DNA from: Eledone cirrhosa
Taxonomy: Eukaryota
Assembly (NCBI GenBank): GCA_964016885.1
Contig: OZ024745.1
Coordinates: 19,530,001 to 19,594,000, forward strand
Length of the DNA: 64,000 bases
Direction: 5' to 3'
A program made the position numbers and the translations under genes. Of the stretch, positions 48,543-61,849 are shown piece after piece (the first letter of the stretch is position 1; each line of letters starts with the position of its first letter). The notes under the pieces were generated by a model. That model saw only the letters and a list, made by a program, of their open reading frames with translations, made no database searches and had not been told where the DNA came from.

Positions 48543-51278
48543 TTCTTTATTTACCATAAAGGCATAAAAAGAAGGGACAAATACAAAGGGGGAGTTTACA
48601 TATAATCGAGTAAAAAGGGTGTAACATGAAAATAATCGAAAATAACCTCAAAAGGGAGGGGACGTGATGGGGGTTGCACACACCCCCGAAAAAGTGTGCA
48701 ATCCTTTGCCCGGGGAGCACATGGAGAAGGTGCTCCCCTCTCCTTTACTTCTTTACCTACAGGATGGTATACAGAGAAGGCCCATTTACACGAGCCATTC
48801 TCGCCACTATCACCCACCTTTCATAAAACTGCCTGTGGCCAAGCACCTCTCTCTCCATTCTTATCCTTCTTCCGAAGTGATATCGGAAGAAGTAGACCAG
48901 ACTATGGCCAGAGAGGAAGTTGCCTGACCTCAGACCTTTCAATCGTGTCCACCAAACAACCTCTTTCAACATGGCTATTACGCACAGAAAAACCGCCTTT
49001 GCTTCCTTTGTGAAGAGGGGAGGCGGTTTGATTGTCATCACGGACTCGGCGGTCAATTTAATCGGCGCCACCCGCGACAGCAGTTGTTCGGCGTAGCCCC
49101 ACAGATCAGCCACGCCCGGACATTGCACCAATGCCTGCGCAACGGTTTCTTCGTGACGCACGCATCTAGGGCAAATCTTTTTTGAGGGATCCCTGCCCGG
49201 GCGCCCGTGTCTGTAGAGCCTCTCTCGAACGGGTAGAGCCCCCCGGTAGCACTGCCAGGCCAGTGACTTCTGGAAGTTGTCCATTGGTCCTGGGCCGAAA
49301 GTCCTACCGAACAGGCTGGCCAGTTCGTCTTCTTCCATGTCCAGCGACTCTCCAAGGGTGTCATCGCCCCTGCTAGCCACCAGCCCTCTATAGAATGCTG
49401 AGGTGGATTCTCCACCGATGGCCTGGCCCGCTTGCCAGAGAGCCCTGAGCGCCTGAGCACACTCAGTGTGCCAGTCTCCCAGTTTTCCGGATCTTTGCTT
49501 GACCCAGGACTGTAGCTCGGTGAGTGAGACGAGTCTCGGAAAGGCTCGTTTCACGAACGGAGCCCACACCGGTTGACCAGTGAGGAATACCTGTAGGTGC
49601 CGTAGCCTTAATGCGTGCCTACGCATCATCAACCACGGCATCCCCAGCCCTCCTTTCGAAGGTTGTTGGCAGCAGATGGATCTTCTCACCATAGGAGGAC
49701 GCTTCTTCCAAAGAAATTGGAAGAGCATGCGTTCCATGGTGGTGAGTGTTTCCTTAGGGCAAGGCACGACAGTCAGGCGGTAGTAAGTGACGGACGCTAT
49801 GTAAATGTTCGCCACCTCCGCCCGGCCTTTTAGGGACAGCTTACACTTGGCCCATTTCTGGGTTAGTGCAAACACCTTGTTCGTAACCTCGTTCCAGTTC
49901 TTTTCCACCTGGAGGTCCGGTCCAAACCAGACCCCAAGCAACTTTACCGGGCCCTCCGTCCAGTGTCCGACGACACCGTCAGGAGGCATCGGTCTGCCTC
50001 TCCACGTTCCGAGTTGCAGCCCGATGGATTTTTCCCGGTTCAGTTTCGCTCCTGACAACCTTTCGTAATCCTCCAGTAAGGTACCGATCGCCTCGATCTC
50101 CGAGTTGGTCGATACCATTACTGTTACGTCATCGGCGTAGGCCGACACCGCTTTGCTCAATCCTGGTTCCAGTGGGATACCCTGCAACAACTCCAACTTC
50201 CTCAGTAAAGGCTCGAGAGTCAATACGTACAGAAGGGAGGAGAGAGGGCACCCCTGTCGAATGGATCGTGTGATTTCGAACGGCTTCGAAAGGTAGCCGT
50301 TCACCTTGATCCTAGAACAGATGTGGTTGCTATGTAGGGCAGTGATCCAGCCTCTGAAAACAGGACCGAACCCAGCCGCCGCTAGCACCGCATCCAGGTA
50401 ACCATGGTCGACCCTATCGAAGGCCTTAGACTGATCTAAGTTGATCAGGGCCCCACCGAAGCCGGGTTTGTTGCCAACCCTCTCTATGATGTATCGCATG
50501 AGGTGGAGGTTATCGTGAATGGACCTGGATGGGATAGCACATGTCTGCGCATCTCCCACCAGGCCTCCCACGACAAGCGCCAACCTCTTTGCTAACACCT
50601 TGGCCAAAATCTTTAACTCTCGTCCTTCCTCACTAGCGTGACAGCACAGGGAATTCTCCCGTTCTGTTGCCAGTTGCAGTAGACCGCCTCGAGGAGTTCG
50701 GGGAACAAGTCCGGCATAGCTAGATATAGTTCGTATCGAAGACCATCGAGACCCGGGGGTTTGCGTTTGCCGCATTGGCTCAGCACGTCCTCTATCTCAG
50801 CGGCTGAAATCGGCTCCTCGCAGGACTTCGCCTCCCTGTCCGAGAGACGCGGCAGGCCGTCGAGGTATGGACCGAAGTCCACGTCCCCAACCGGCCCCCC
50901 GCCCCTTCCGAACAATCCGGCAAAGTGTTTTTGAAAAGCCTCGCACATCTGCTTAGGTTCAAGGATCACCCGTCCATCCTGGTCTCGCAAAGACCGGATA
51001 GTGGATCTGCTCCCTCTTTTGGCTTCTGTCACGCGGGCCCAGCTAACAACTTTGGTCCCCTCGTTTCCCAGAGCACGTATTTTGCTTCGGACGGTGCAGC
51101 CTTCGTGTTTCGCGTCGAAGAACTGGCCCAGGGCCGTTCTCGACGCTAGCACTCTGGCCACGTCGCCGCTTCTAATTGCCTCTTCTACACTATCTACCAA
51201 CTCCCTTTCCTTCCTATTTCTATTTGAGGCTAACTCCTTACTAAATTCTATAGAGACTACTCTAATCTCCCTTTTGAG
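48543..51278 (-). mobile_element. Second Tx1-clade element (5'-truncated) inserted in (GATA)n
   Basis: ORF2 remnant colinear with 13368-16787; (GATA)n at 48506-48542 and 51279-51368; 3' end ggtaAATAAAgaaa then (TCTA)n. Confidence 0.92.
48757..51278 (-). pseudogene. Tx1 ORF2 RT region, APE domain missing, deletion/frameshift near 50615-50645
   Basis: LDQSKAFD, IRQGCPLS, YADD, CPRC; the GDNIDNFRPITLLN block is deleted relative to the first Tx1. Confidence 0.9.
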
Positions 51279-51321
51279 AGATAGATAGATAGATATATAG
51301 ATAGATAGATAGGTAGATAGG

Positions 51322-51368
<47 letters not shown>

Positions 51369-51369
51369 G

Positions 51370-51371
51370 GA

Positions 51372-51447
<76 letters not shown>

Positions 51448-51449
51448 AA
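51370..51449. repeat. (GAAA)n
   Basis: Direct reading. Confidence 0.95.
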
Positions 51450-51811
51450 ATGAGATTGAGAACCTTGGCACGTTTTCTCTAAAACCACGAGGAAGAAACG
51501 TGAACCAGTACAACATACCTTTCACATTACAAACACAACAAACAGTAGTAGTAGTAGTAGCAGCAGCAGCAGCAGCAGCAGCAGCATGATAATAATGGTA
51601 ACTATGCTACCACTCAAGGACGTTTGGTTACTAAAGAGATTTGCCCAGTTTTAAATTCCTATTTTCACAAGTTCATACCACCAGAGATACACCACGTAGC
51701 GGAAACTGACTGCAGCTTTAGAATTTGGTTTACTTTAGGTATTCCATTCATGAGATATAATACAATAATTGTCAACGATATGCACAATATATATATACAC
51801 ATATATATATG

Positions 51812-52497
51812 TGTAGATAAATCTACCAAAATATACGGTAGTGTCCATTTCGTATGAAGAACTCATGTAATCTAAATATAGAAGATATCGTGAAAAGAGA
51901 AGATACATTCAAAGGTTTACGATAAAAATTATAGGAAAAACAGAGTCAAGATAAATTAATAAAAACAATGAAATAAAAACAAAGATACATTCAAAAGTTT
52001 ACGATAAGGAAACTTGTTCTTTGTTTTTATTTCATTGTTTTTATTAATTTATATATATAAATAGGCATACGTCAAAACGGCCGGTCTCAAAAGTGAAACT
52101 AAATTTTGACAGTTACGTACACGTTATAAGAGTTATTTAAATTTATATATATAAAATAAAGGAGCAAATAAGAGCATGATATGAAGTCTGTCATGTGTGT
52201 GTGTATATATGTGTGTGTGTGTGTGTAAACGAATGTAAAAGAATATATGTAGGGCATAGATAAGGTTTCCTAGAATTTTACACACACACGCATATATACA
52301 CACACACGTGTATATATTATAGTGTGTATGTGTGCATATGTGTGTGTACTTTTACATATACACACACACACATGACTGACTTCATATCATGCTCTTATTT
52401 GCTCCTTTATTTTATATATATAAATTTAAATAACTCTTATAACGTGTACGTAACTGTCAAAAATTAGTTTCACTTTTGAGACCGGCCATTTTGACGT

Positions 52498-52502
<5 letters not shown>
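51812..52502. repeat. Two adjacent fold-back remnants in TA-rich DNA; the first is related to 41549-41700
   Basis: Shared tacggtagtgtcca..cgtatgaagaactca..cagagtcaagataaa; inverted arms about 51951-51984/52018-52052 and 52064-52200/52365-52502. Confidence 0.75.
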
Positions 52503-52572
<70 letters not shown>

Positions 52573-52658
52573 AAGTATGTATGTATGTATACATACATAC
52601 TTACATTTAAGTAACTGTCGTACTAAGTGAGAAATGAAATTTCGTTTCATTCTATTCC

Positions 52659-52739
<81 letters not shown>

Positions 52740-52747
<8 letters not shown>

Positions 52748-53520
52748 AAGAATCAAAGAACTGTTCAAAACATTATTGTGCTTACAGCTGTTTCCTCCAA
52801 ACCGAGGTTTGGATTCTTCGGAGCAATTTATTAATGCATGGACAGTTATATGACCTCCTTTTCAGCCGAGAGACATACCAACACATATTCAAACATTGAT
52901 ACATATTCAAACATTGTGGGTCAACATTCATTACAGAATTTAGAGTGGCAGTACACACTTCGAGATTACATTTATATTAATAGGTACAATCAAAAATCAA
53001 AGATATAGGTTAAAGTACAACATGAAGATAAGTGGTTATATAGTGCAAATGTTATATGTGTGGCACGCATGTGCGTCTTGTTTATATAGTGTGGCAGAGA
53101 GATATGTGTGGTAGAGGCACTTAGGTAGGTAAATAAGAGTGTTAGGTTGGTAGATCTGGTGGCAAAATCTTTATATGATTGATATAGTCTGTATGTGGAG
53201 AAATATTATAAGCATTAAAGATAGTGCAAGCATTAAAAGTGTTATAAGTATTGGAGATGCACAGCGCAGGGATGTCAAGTAATTCATGTACTTCGGCATT
53301 TTCATGGTCAAGGGTGTGTATATTTCGATTATATGCCTTTCACATAATCCACGACAATCCAGTTAGAGATCGTAGTCTGGTGTTCTTTAGTTCGATACAG
53401 GAGGTTGTTACGTTTCGAGAAACGCCATTGAATACCGGAAGTGTGTGTGTGGCTAAGGGGAGTTAATGCATGCGGGGAGGTAACTCTGGGGTTTCTATAT
53501 CTAGCCATTAAAATGTGTCC
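52740..53520 (-). mobile_element. Old PLE 3' remnant (degenerate GIY-YIG end and pLTR)
   Basis: YRTKEHQTTISNWI resembles FRRPDKSNQTTLASYVW of family 2; a hammerhead lies near the end; abuts (TA)n. Confidence 0.55.
52779..52825 (-). ncRNA. Hammerhead-like motif with U4C core change
   Basis: ugcu-CCGAAGA-a-uccaaac-cucg-guuugga-g-GAAA-cagcug-UA-agca. Confidence 0.68.
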
Positions 53521-54160
53521 CAATATAGACCCTAAATTCTATGGTGAAGTGCACCTTCCAAGAGAGACTTTTAAAGCATAAAGTGTATTAACTATAGAGT
53601 AGTTTAACTAAGTTATGCTGAAGGTGATCATATTATTATGGTGGATTAACCCATCTTAAGGTGCTACAAATGGAAATTATAGATGATGAGCGAGGATTCT
53701 AAATTAATGATCTCTGTGGTTGTAGTCTGCTCATATGACCAGGCGCGGTGATTGCAGGATTGCTTCAGGACCCAATGATCTCTGGTAAGATCTGGGTCAT
53801 CACTTGCTACATTGGATGTCGAAAGATAATCGTCCCCAGGCAGGCCAAAGGTCAATCCGCAGTCCTCGCGACCCCTCTCTGACCGTCAGATCATCCATAT
53901 ACGTACAACCCGCACGGCAGTTGCATTGCATTCACTCACTGCGCTCAGCAGCCCGGTCCTACTGGTCAACAGCGCTACTCGATTAAATCATTTTACATCT
54001 GTCTAAGGAAGGTGTTTCCTCTGCCCAACACCATCCAACCGATCAATTCATGCTCAAATTACTCTTAGAGCGGTGTAGTGCCGTTCAAGTGGGTGGATGT
54101 TGTCACACCTGCCGTAGAGGTATAAATGGGTATTTACATAACCATAAATAGTATAACTAA

Positions 54161-54196
<36 letters not shown>

Positions 54197-54360
54197 ATAA
54201 GAATATTATATATGTTTGATATAACTATAAATATGTAGGATAGTACTAAGTACTAGCCGGCTACCGGTATGACAAAAGGCTCAATGTAAATTTTCAAGTG
54301 TTTTCCAGAGCCGAGTTACAAAATGTTAAAACGATCAAATTTTAGTTTAGAACATTTATT

Positions 54361-54411
54361 TGCTGACAATTGTTTCTTCCAGAGAAACAATTGTCTGGAA
54401 TCATTGGAGCA
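54361..54411 (-). ncRNA. Degenerate hammerhead-like motif (core CCAAUGA)
   Basis: ugcu-CCAAUGA-uuccaga-caauuguuuc-ucuggaa-GAAA-caauug-UC-agca; stems intact, core mutated. Confidence 0.6.
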
Positions 54412-54889
54412 TAAGGAATGTCGAAACATGTAACTAAAATCCTAGTCATTTAGAACATTTAGGGTACATAGTTGTTATTAGTGTCAAAGCATCATGTGGA
54501 GAGTCAGGAGTTAAAAAGATGTTCTGCTTGAAAGAACACAATTACAGGCAGCACTGGTTGGAAGTGTAATAGGTATAAGTAAAAAGCACAAGCAAAAAAA
54601 TCACAAGCTAAAAAAACAGGCAAAAAAGTTATAAGCAAGGACGATTGGTGTACAATGCAGGAGTCAATACAGTCAATAAGGCATGCACGAGGAAAGAGTT
54701 ATAATGCAGTTGAAGTAAAACATATTTTGTGTGGGGTGTTAAAGCATGTTATAATTGTTATAAATATTTAAGATAGTGTGCAATTTGTTAGAGGCATGTG
54801 GTGATAATGTAGGTATTTGTTATGTAAGGTGTAATGCAAAATCCGCATTAGGCGATTTAGCGATCTCTATAATTCTTAGTCTTTCTTTT

Positions 54890-55403
<514 letters not shown>

Positions 55404-56493
55404 TAATTATTATTAGTATTGGTGCTCTGAAATAGCGATGTATACATGAATGTGTGGTTATAGTATATTTGGCATTATACTGTATGTTTAATTAAAAACA
55501 TTTAGAAGACCATTCGCTATACATTTTAAAGTAGTGGCTATGTCACTTACTTATTCTCGGCAAATAACAACTGAGAGTGATCGACAGACAGTCTGTTTCT
55601 CGCTTGTGGGCGTTTATCAAGACCACACACTCTGCTGCCTTTGCCGAGAATTCTAGAAGCTGGATTCTTATAGAATTCCTATTTTTACTCATGGATTTCA
55701 ACATTTTCATAACACTGTTTTACTGTTAATAATGTCAGTTATGTCTTCGATAATTTTGTTCCGTAGTTAAGGTTGTTTAAAGCGTAACACTGGAACACAT
55801 GTTTGGACATGAAGAAAAATATTAAGGATTGTTATAGTATCATATCTGTGACTTCGAGTAGTGATACATCGATAAATTAGTGAGTATTGATAGGTTTTCA
55901 AGGGAAAACTATAGTTTATGTTTGTAAACAAAGAACATATCGTTGATGAAATATGGTTATTTAGTACCATGTCCTAGGTACTACAGTGTGTCAATACTGG
56001 TAGATAAACACACGAACTCTTCAGTATAAAATGTGAACATTCATTGGACATTACTATGTTAGCTTGAAATTCAGCTACAGAGTAACTTTTGCAAAGGACT
56101 GGCGTCGTATCCAGGGAGAGGTTTTGTACTCTCAGTCGCTTAACGTCTACGGAGAACGAGATAAGTTCTGGTCTGAAGAGTTTCTAGGTTTCCGTCTGAG
56201 GAATGTAGGTGGGATGGCTGTTGCAGCAGGTGTCGCTGGCATTGTCCGCGGCAATGCCGTTGCCATTTTGTCCATGGGGAGCAGCCGAAACACCATTCTG
56301 ACTTAGGGATAGAGTCTGTCACCCTCTCTCCTTCCTCCTTTCTTTCGTTGCTTAATCCTTGCCCCTTCCCTCCTTTTCCTCTCATTTATAACATTTATAG
56401 TACTTTCCAATACTACTTGTCTTTTCTATGTTATAAATTCTTTATTATTTTTATGTAATTGAAAAATGAAATAAGGATTCAACTAAAGATATA

Positions 56494-57048
56494 CGGTGGA
56501 ACCTTGGTTCACGAACGCCTCCCATCATGAACAAATCGGCTCACGAACATTTCTTTCGAACATAAAACTTCTCGGGTGACGAACGGTGTCTCGAGTAACG
56601 AACGCGCAAGCCGGCAACAACGGTTGGCATCAAGCTGGGAGAATCAGCAGGAAAGCGTCACTTGCTGTGTAGTTAGTTACTGTGGTGATGACTATCTGTC
56701 TTTCACACACAGTCTCTCCCCCACCCCACCCCTCTCTCTCTGTCTATTTCTCTTTCAATATTTCGTAAGGGCGGTGGATTGGCAGTATCAGTAGAGGGTT
56801 GGACGCCATGCTTTCTAGCATAGTTACGTCTCTTTACGGTCTGAGTTCAAATCCCGTTGAGGTTAACTTTGCCTTTCATCCTTACGGGTTCGATAAAATA
56901 AAGTACCAGTAATGTACTGGGTAATTGCTGGCCTTGTGCCAAAAGTAAAAACAATAATTCGTATAGGAAATTAGTTTTGGTTTACGAACATTTCGGATGA
57001 CGAACGACCTTCAGGAAGGAATTAAGCTCGTGAGGCGAAGCTCCACTG
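56494..57048. mobile_element. Tigger/pogo-like MITE
   Basis: Imperfect TIRs cggtggaaccttggttcacgaac / gctcgtgaggcgaagctccactg; TA on the left, CA on the right. Confidence 0.7.
56770..56958 (+). mobile_element. Full-length tRNA-derived SINE nested in the MITE
   Basis: A and B boxes; probable TSD aatatttcgta / aataattcgta. Confidence 0.88.
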
Positions 57049-57411
57049 CATACTTCAATACAATGCTAACAACCATGGATAAGTTACAAATAAGATATGT
57101 TTGCAGCTTGTTTCTATATTTAGACATGATTACATATTAAAGATTAACGTCATACACATAACTAATAGATTAGAAAGTAAATTACATCCATCTGAAGAAG
57201 GAAGTGTTCGTCTCAAGAGGCATCTGTGAAGTCAAGCAGCTAAACTGTCTAGAAACGTGGAAGACTTCCTATTTTCTCCTCCAAGAACATCTGTAAAGTC
57301 AAAAATCTAATTAACTAACTCGGAAACCCTAAATATTTTTATTCTGCCAGACAAATAAATATAAAATCTTAAATCTAGTAGATTCTCTTACCATTACATG
57401 TCAAAGAGAGA

Positions 57412-57703
57412 GCGGTAAATTGACGGTAATCGGCGGTAAATTGACAGTGATTGGCGGTAAATTGACAGTAATCGACGGTAAATTGACAGTGATCGGCGGT
57501 AAATTGACAGTAATCGGTAGAGCGTAGGACAACATGCGTCCCTTTACGTTCTGAGTTCAAATCCCGCCCAGGTTAGCTTTGCCTTTTATCCTTGCAGTGT
57601 CGTCGATAAAATAAAGTACCAGTAACGCACTGGGATCGATATCATTCACCCCCCCCCCCCCCGACCCAAAGTTGTTGGTCTTGTGCCTACATCAGAAACC
57701 ATT
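57412..57703 (+). mobile_element. Related SINE with a five-fold tandem 21-bp 5' head
   Basis: gcggtaaattgacagtaatcg x5 (57412-57516), then B box and gataaaataaagtaccagtaa. Confidence 0.8.
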
Positions 57704-57901
57704 ACGTGTCAAAGTAATAATGTTATTAATAGAAATGTCGGCTGTTGTCTGCCGTATTTGTCGAAACCGTCGTCCTGTTTAACACCACCAGATGGTGGTT
57801 ACCAGTGCTGGACAACCCTAGAAACTATAGCTTAAGGCCGCACAACCTCAGGGACCTCATGTTTTAAAATATATTCTTATTCTATCATTATTTTTATTCG
57901 T

Positions 57902-57974
<73 letters not shown>

Positions 57975-58190
57975 ATCACATCTCATTTTGTTTGACCCGT
58001 TTAGCTTGTTCGCTTTTTTTGGCTATGGTGGCTATGGCTTCTTAACTATCGTCTCAGTGTGTATGACCATTTTAACTTATGTTTATACCTCTGCTATCCT
58101 CTTCATATGCATGGAGCGCTTGTCTGCACATTATTGAAGTTGCGTTTCGCTAATTTCTACCCGCCGAAATGCGATTCTTGCTAAATTATA

Positions 58191-58256
<66 letters not shown>

Positions 58257-58596
58257 AGTAGGTTTTTGAAACAGCGAGCGAGTTTGAAATTAGAAATAGA
58301 AGCTTTCGCCGTATTTTTTCTACGAAAGAAATGTTAGCCTGACAGTGGGGTTTAGAATCCTCTAAGAAATGAAAAAAGATGAGTATATATTATTTATTCT
58401 TTATTTATTAACATTCATACAAAAGACGATAATTTTTTTACCCGAATGTTTTTTAAAACGGGTCTCAAATTTCATATAGCTTAGGGCAGGCATAGGCAAC
58501 CTTTTTCGACCAGTGAGCTGTAGATGATGTGGTTATTTATAAGGCGGGCAGCACTACTAAAAAATTTAAGGCAATTTTGAAATTACACACATACAT

Positions 58597-58667
<71 letters not shown>

Positions 58668-58668
<1 letters not shown>

Positions 58669-58790
58669 TACGTCAACGAAATTTCACTCACAAGGCATTG
58701 GTCAACCACAAGCTAAAGAAGACACTTGCCTAAGGTAACACTCAGTGAGACTCAAACCAAACCAAAACGAATTCCTTGCACAGCCACGTT
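58668..58790 (-). mobile_element. Degenerate 5' part of a second tRNA-derived SINE family
   Basis: cactcacaaggcattggtc..gaagacacttgcctaaggt..cacagccac resembles, from memory, an abundant octopus SINE. Confidence 0.55.
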
Positions 58791-59006
58791 AGCGTCTGAT
58801 ATAATTTTTTCCACATCCCATTATCTATTTGTGATTAACTTTTTATGTGTTCCTTGCATTAAATATGTCAACACGAACTTAACTGTTTCAAATTACTGAT
58901 TAACCTTATCTCTGTTATCACAAGGGGATACTGAAGAAATGTGGATCTAGTCTGGTGAGATTACAAGAAACTCTCTTGATTATTTTTTTTATTCCTCACC
59001 ATTTGT

Positions 59007-59088
<82 letters not shown>

Positions 59089-59563
59089 CGTAGGGTCAAC
59101 CTTGCTTAAGCAATTCTGAGTTAATAGTGCAGAGAATTAAACCCGTTTGAAAGTTGAGAAGTATTTCATCCAACTCTCAGAGTCTAAATCCCTTCATGTT
59201 CAACACAGCTTTTTATCCTTGTGAGATCGATATATAAAATGGCAGTGAACTTCTAACACTTTACCATAATATCTTCGTTTTTGTTGTCTATTACAACTCG
59301 TCCGAGAAAAGTTGAAGGATTAACAGAAAACAGTTCAATGTACAAAGATTGACACAGAAGTCTTGAATAATTCTACAAAATTCTCTTTGGTTTCATTTTC
59401 AAAAATATAATGAATGCGAAGGAAATCATTTTGAATAATTATTGTAATCATTTTTTTGTTGTGAGTTAATAATTTTGTGATAATGTTATGTAGATAAAAG
59501 ATATCACCTCTCTTATGACGGCTTTTCTCGTGATTGGAGAGGTGCGTGACTTTTGCGCGACCC

Positions 59564-59604
<41 letters not shown>

Positions 59605-59605
<1 letters not shown>

Positions 59606-59660
59606 CTCTTTTACCTGTTTCAGCCATCCGGCTGAGGCCATGCTGGGGCACCGCCCTTGT
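59605..59660 (-). mobile_element. SINE 3' end fragment (octopus-type)
   Basis: tactcttttacctgtttcagccat..ggccatgctggggcaccgcc resembles, from memory, a common octopus SINE terminus. Confidence 0.5.
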
Positions 59661-59676
59661 ATATATATATATATAA

Positions 59677-59856
59677 TAATTGTTTCTACTTTAGGCACAA
59701 GACCAGCAATTACCCAGTGCATTACTGGTACTTTATTTTATCGACCCCGTAAGGATGAAAGGCAAAGTCAACCTCGGCGGGATTTGAACTCAGATCGTAA
59801 AGGGACGTAACTATGCTGGAAAGCATGGCGTCCGACCCTCTACCGATACTGCCAAT
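59677..59856 (-). mobile_element. tRNA-derived SINE, near full length
   Basis: Reverse complement of the 56770-56958 family. Confidence 0.88.
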
Positions 59857-59859
59857 ATA

Positions 59860-60490
59860 TAATAATAATGAAATTATTGTGTAAAGTGCTCAGCTGCACT
59901 ACAACTCGTCAAAGGTGCATGTATAGTACATAGAATAATATACAAATGTCAGCGAAGTGAATAGTGTATGAGTCATGATATACATGTGTGTATGTGTATG
60001 GAGGGGGAACATTAGGTGTAGTGTTGGCGAATCTCGGGAAGCATGGAGGTTTTAAAGGATGCAGTATCTCGACAGCTAACAACTGATGCAGGGAGTTTGT
60101 TCCATGGAGGTTTTCAAGGATGCAGTATCTCGACAGCTAATAACTGATGCAGGTACTTTGTTCCGTGAAGGTTTTAAAGGATGCAGTGTCTCGACAGCTA
60201 ATAACTGACGCAGGGAGTTTGTTCCATGGAGGTTTTCAAGGATGCAGTATCTCGACAGCTAATAACTGATGCAGGTAGTTTGTTCCATGGAGGTTTTAAA
60301 GGATGCAGTGTCTCGACAGCTAATAACTGATACAGGGAGTTTGTTCCATGCTTCAGCAACTCTGAGCGTGAAAAAATGTTTCCGAAAGTCATGGGAGCTA
60401 TGTTGTTTTCTGACTTTGTAGGCATACCCACTGTGTTGGACACATGGAGATGAAAAAGGTGCTCAGGGTTGTTGTTGGCGAGATGGTTAA
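59860..60490 (-). mobile_element. CR1/L2-like LINE 3' end with an internal ~61-bp tandem repeat (~5 copies, 60042-60349)
   Basis: FFTLRVAEAWNKLP-type C-terminal motif; repeat catggaggttttaaaggatgcagtatctcgacagctaa... Confidence 0.65.
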
Positions 60491-60550
<60 letters not shown>

Positions 60551-60849
60551 TATTATGTACACACATATTACACACAATACACATATAGACACAGAGTTGT
60601 GTTTGTCTATATTCCATCTATATCTTATCTATCCACTCACACACACATACCTACAGACACACATACTTACATATACACAGAGAGACACTCACACACACAC
60701 ACACACAGACAGACACTCACAATCACGCACACACACACACATACACACAGACACTCACACGCTCACAGACACTCACAACCGCTCACACACATAAACATAC
60801 ACATATACTAACCCCATTAGCTACCTACATAACTACTTACCTTCCTACA

Positions 60850-61445
60850 TGGTGGCTGCCAACTCGTTTTCGAGTACGGCCACTACTTTATATCCATGTA
60901 GGAGAACCCCTACCAATGCGCTGAACGAATGTGACTTTTTAGTCCAGCCAGCGACTTGAAAACTCTGGTACAAACACTACACTTGTGACAATTATTGACA
61001 CAGTGCTGGGCCCATGGTACCATGTGAGGACAAGTGCAGAGAGATCTCCAGATATAAAGCAATGCCTGTGCCGTGAAGCTTTTATAGTGAGCAAAGGCAC
61101 TGCACAAAGCCAGTCCCACTCTCTTAACCAAGATGATATTTACCAAAAAGAAGAACAAGTCAACATCATTGGATACCATCAGGGTTGCAGGTGTTATATC
61201 AGAGTTTTCCTTCTCCTAGAATTCTGCTTTGACAAAGGCTAAAGGGTCATCTCTCCCGGTGATTTTGGATGGCCATTGACTCTTAAGAGCTCTTTTGCCT
61301 TTTGACAGGTTTTGTTTTTAGTCCTGCAGGATGTCCAAAGTCACTCTCCTGACCAAGAAACCTTGGTGGGGTTGCCAGTTTAGTCGCCAACGACCTGACC
61401 ATGGGACAGGTTGTACTGGGATGCATGTTACCAGTAGCACCAACA
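60850..61445 (-). mobile_element. Degenerate RTE-like LINE fragments
   Basis: Terminal C2H2 finger HKCSVCTRVFKSLAGLKSHIRSAH before the stop; structured 5'-UTR-like piece at 61360-61445. Confidence 0.55.
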
Positions 61446-61849
61446 TAGACATACACATATCTATATACATACATACACACAGACATAGATGCCTGTCTAC
61501 ACACATACATACACATGCATATATACACATACATATGGATGCCCACTCACATACAATCAAATGATAATATTCCAATTACGGACTCAATACATGGTGTCTC
61601 GTCGTTAGTAGTGGTGGTGGTTGGGTGTAGTGGTTGATGGCGGTGATGGAGTTGGCGTCTAGTAGTTAGTGGTGTTGATGGTTGGCTGCAGCTGTTGATG
61701 GCGGTGATGGTTGGCTGCAGTTGTTGACGGTGGTGATGCTTGGCAGTGGTGCTCGGGGTTTATGGTGATGTTTGTTCTAGTTGATGATGGTAGTGCCTGT
61801 TGATGGTAGCAATGATGGCGGCTGGGTGTTGTTGCTAACAGGAGTAGTG

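Noticed and set aside
57185-57265. Further hammerhead candidate (CTGAAGA...GAAACG)
   Set aside because: Stem II and the cleavage triplet could not be formed convincingly; the same applies to CTGATGA near 33176 and the minus-strand one near 47545.
60910-61179. Host C2H2 zinc-finger gene
   Set aside because: A single finger just before a stop in degenerate sequence fits an RTE-type LINE C-terminus better; no finger array or TGEKP linkers.
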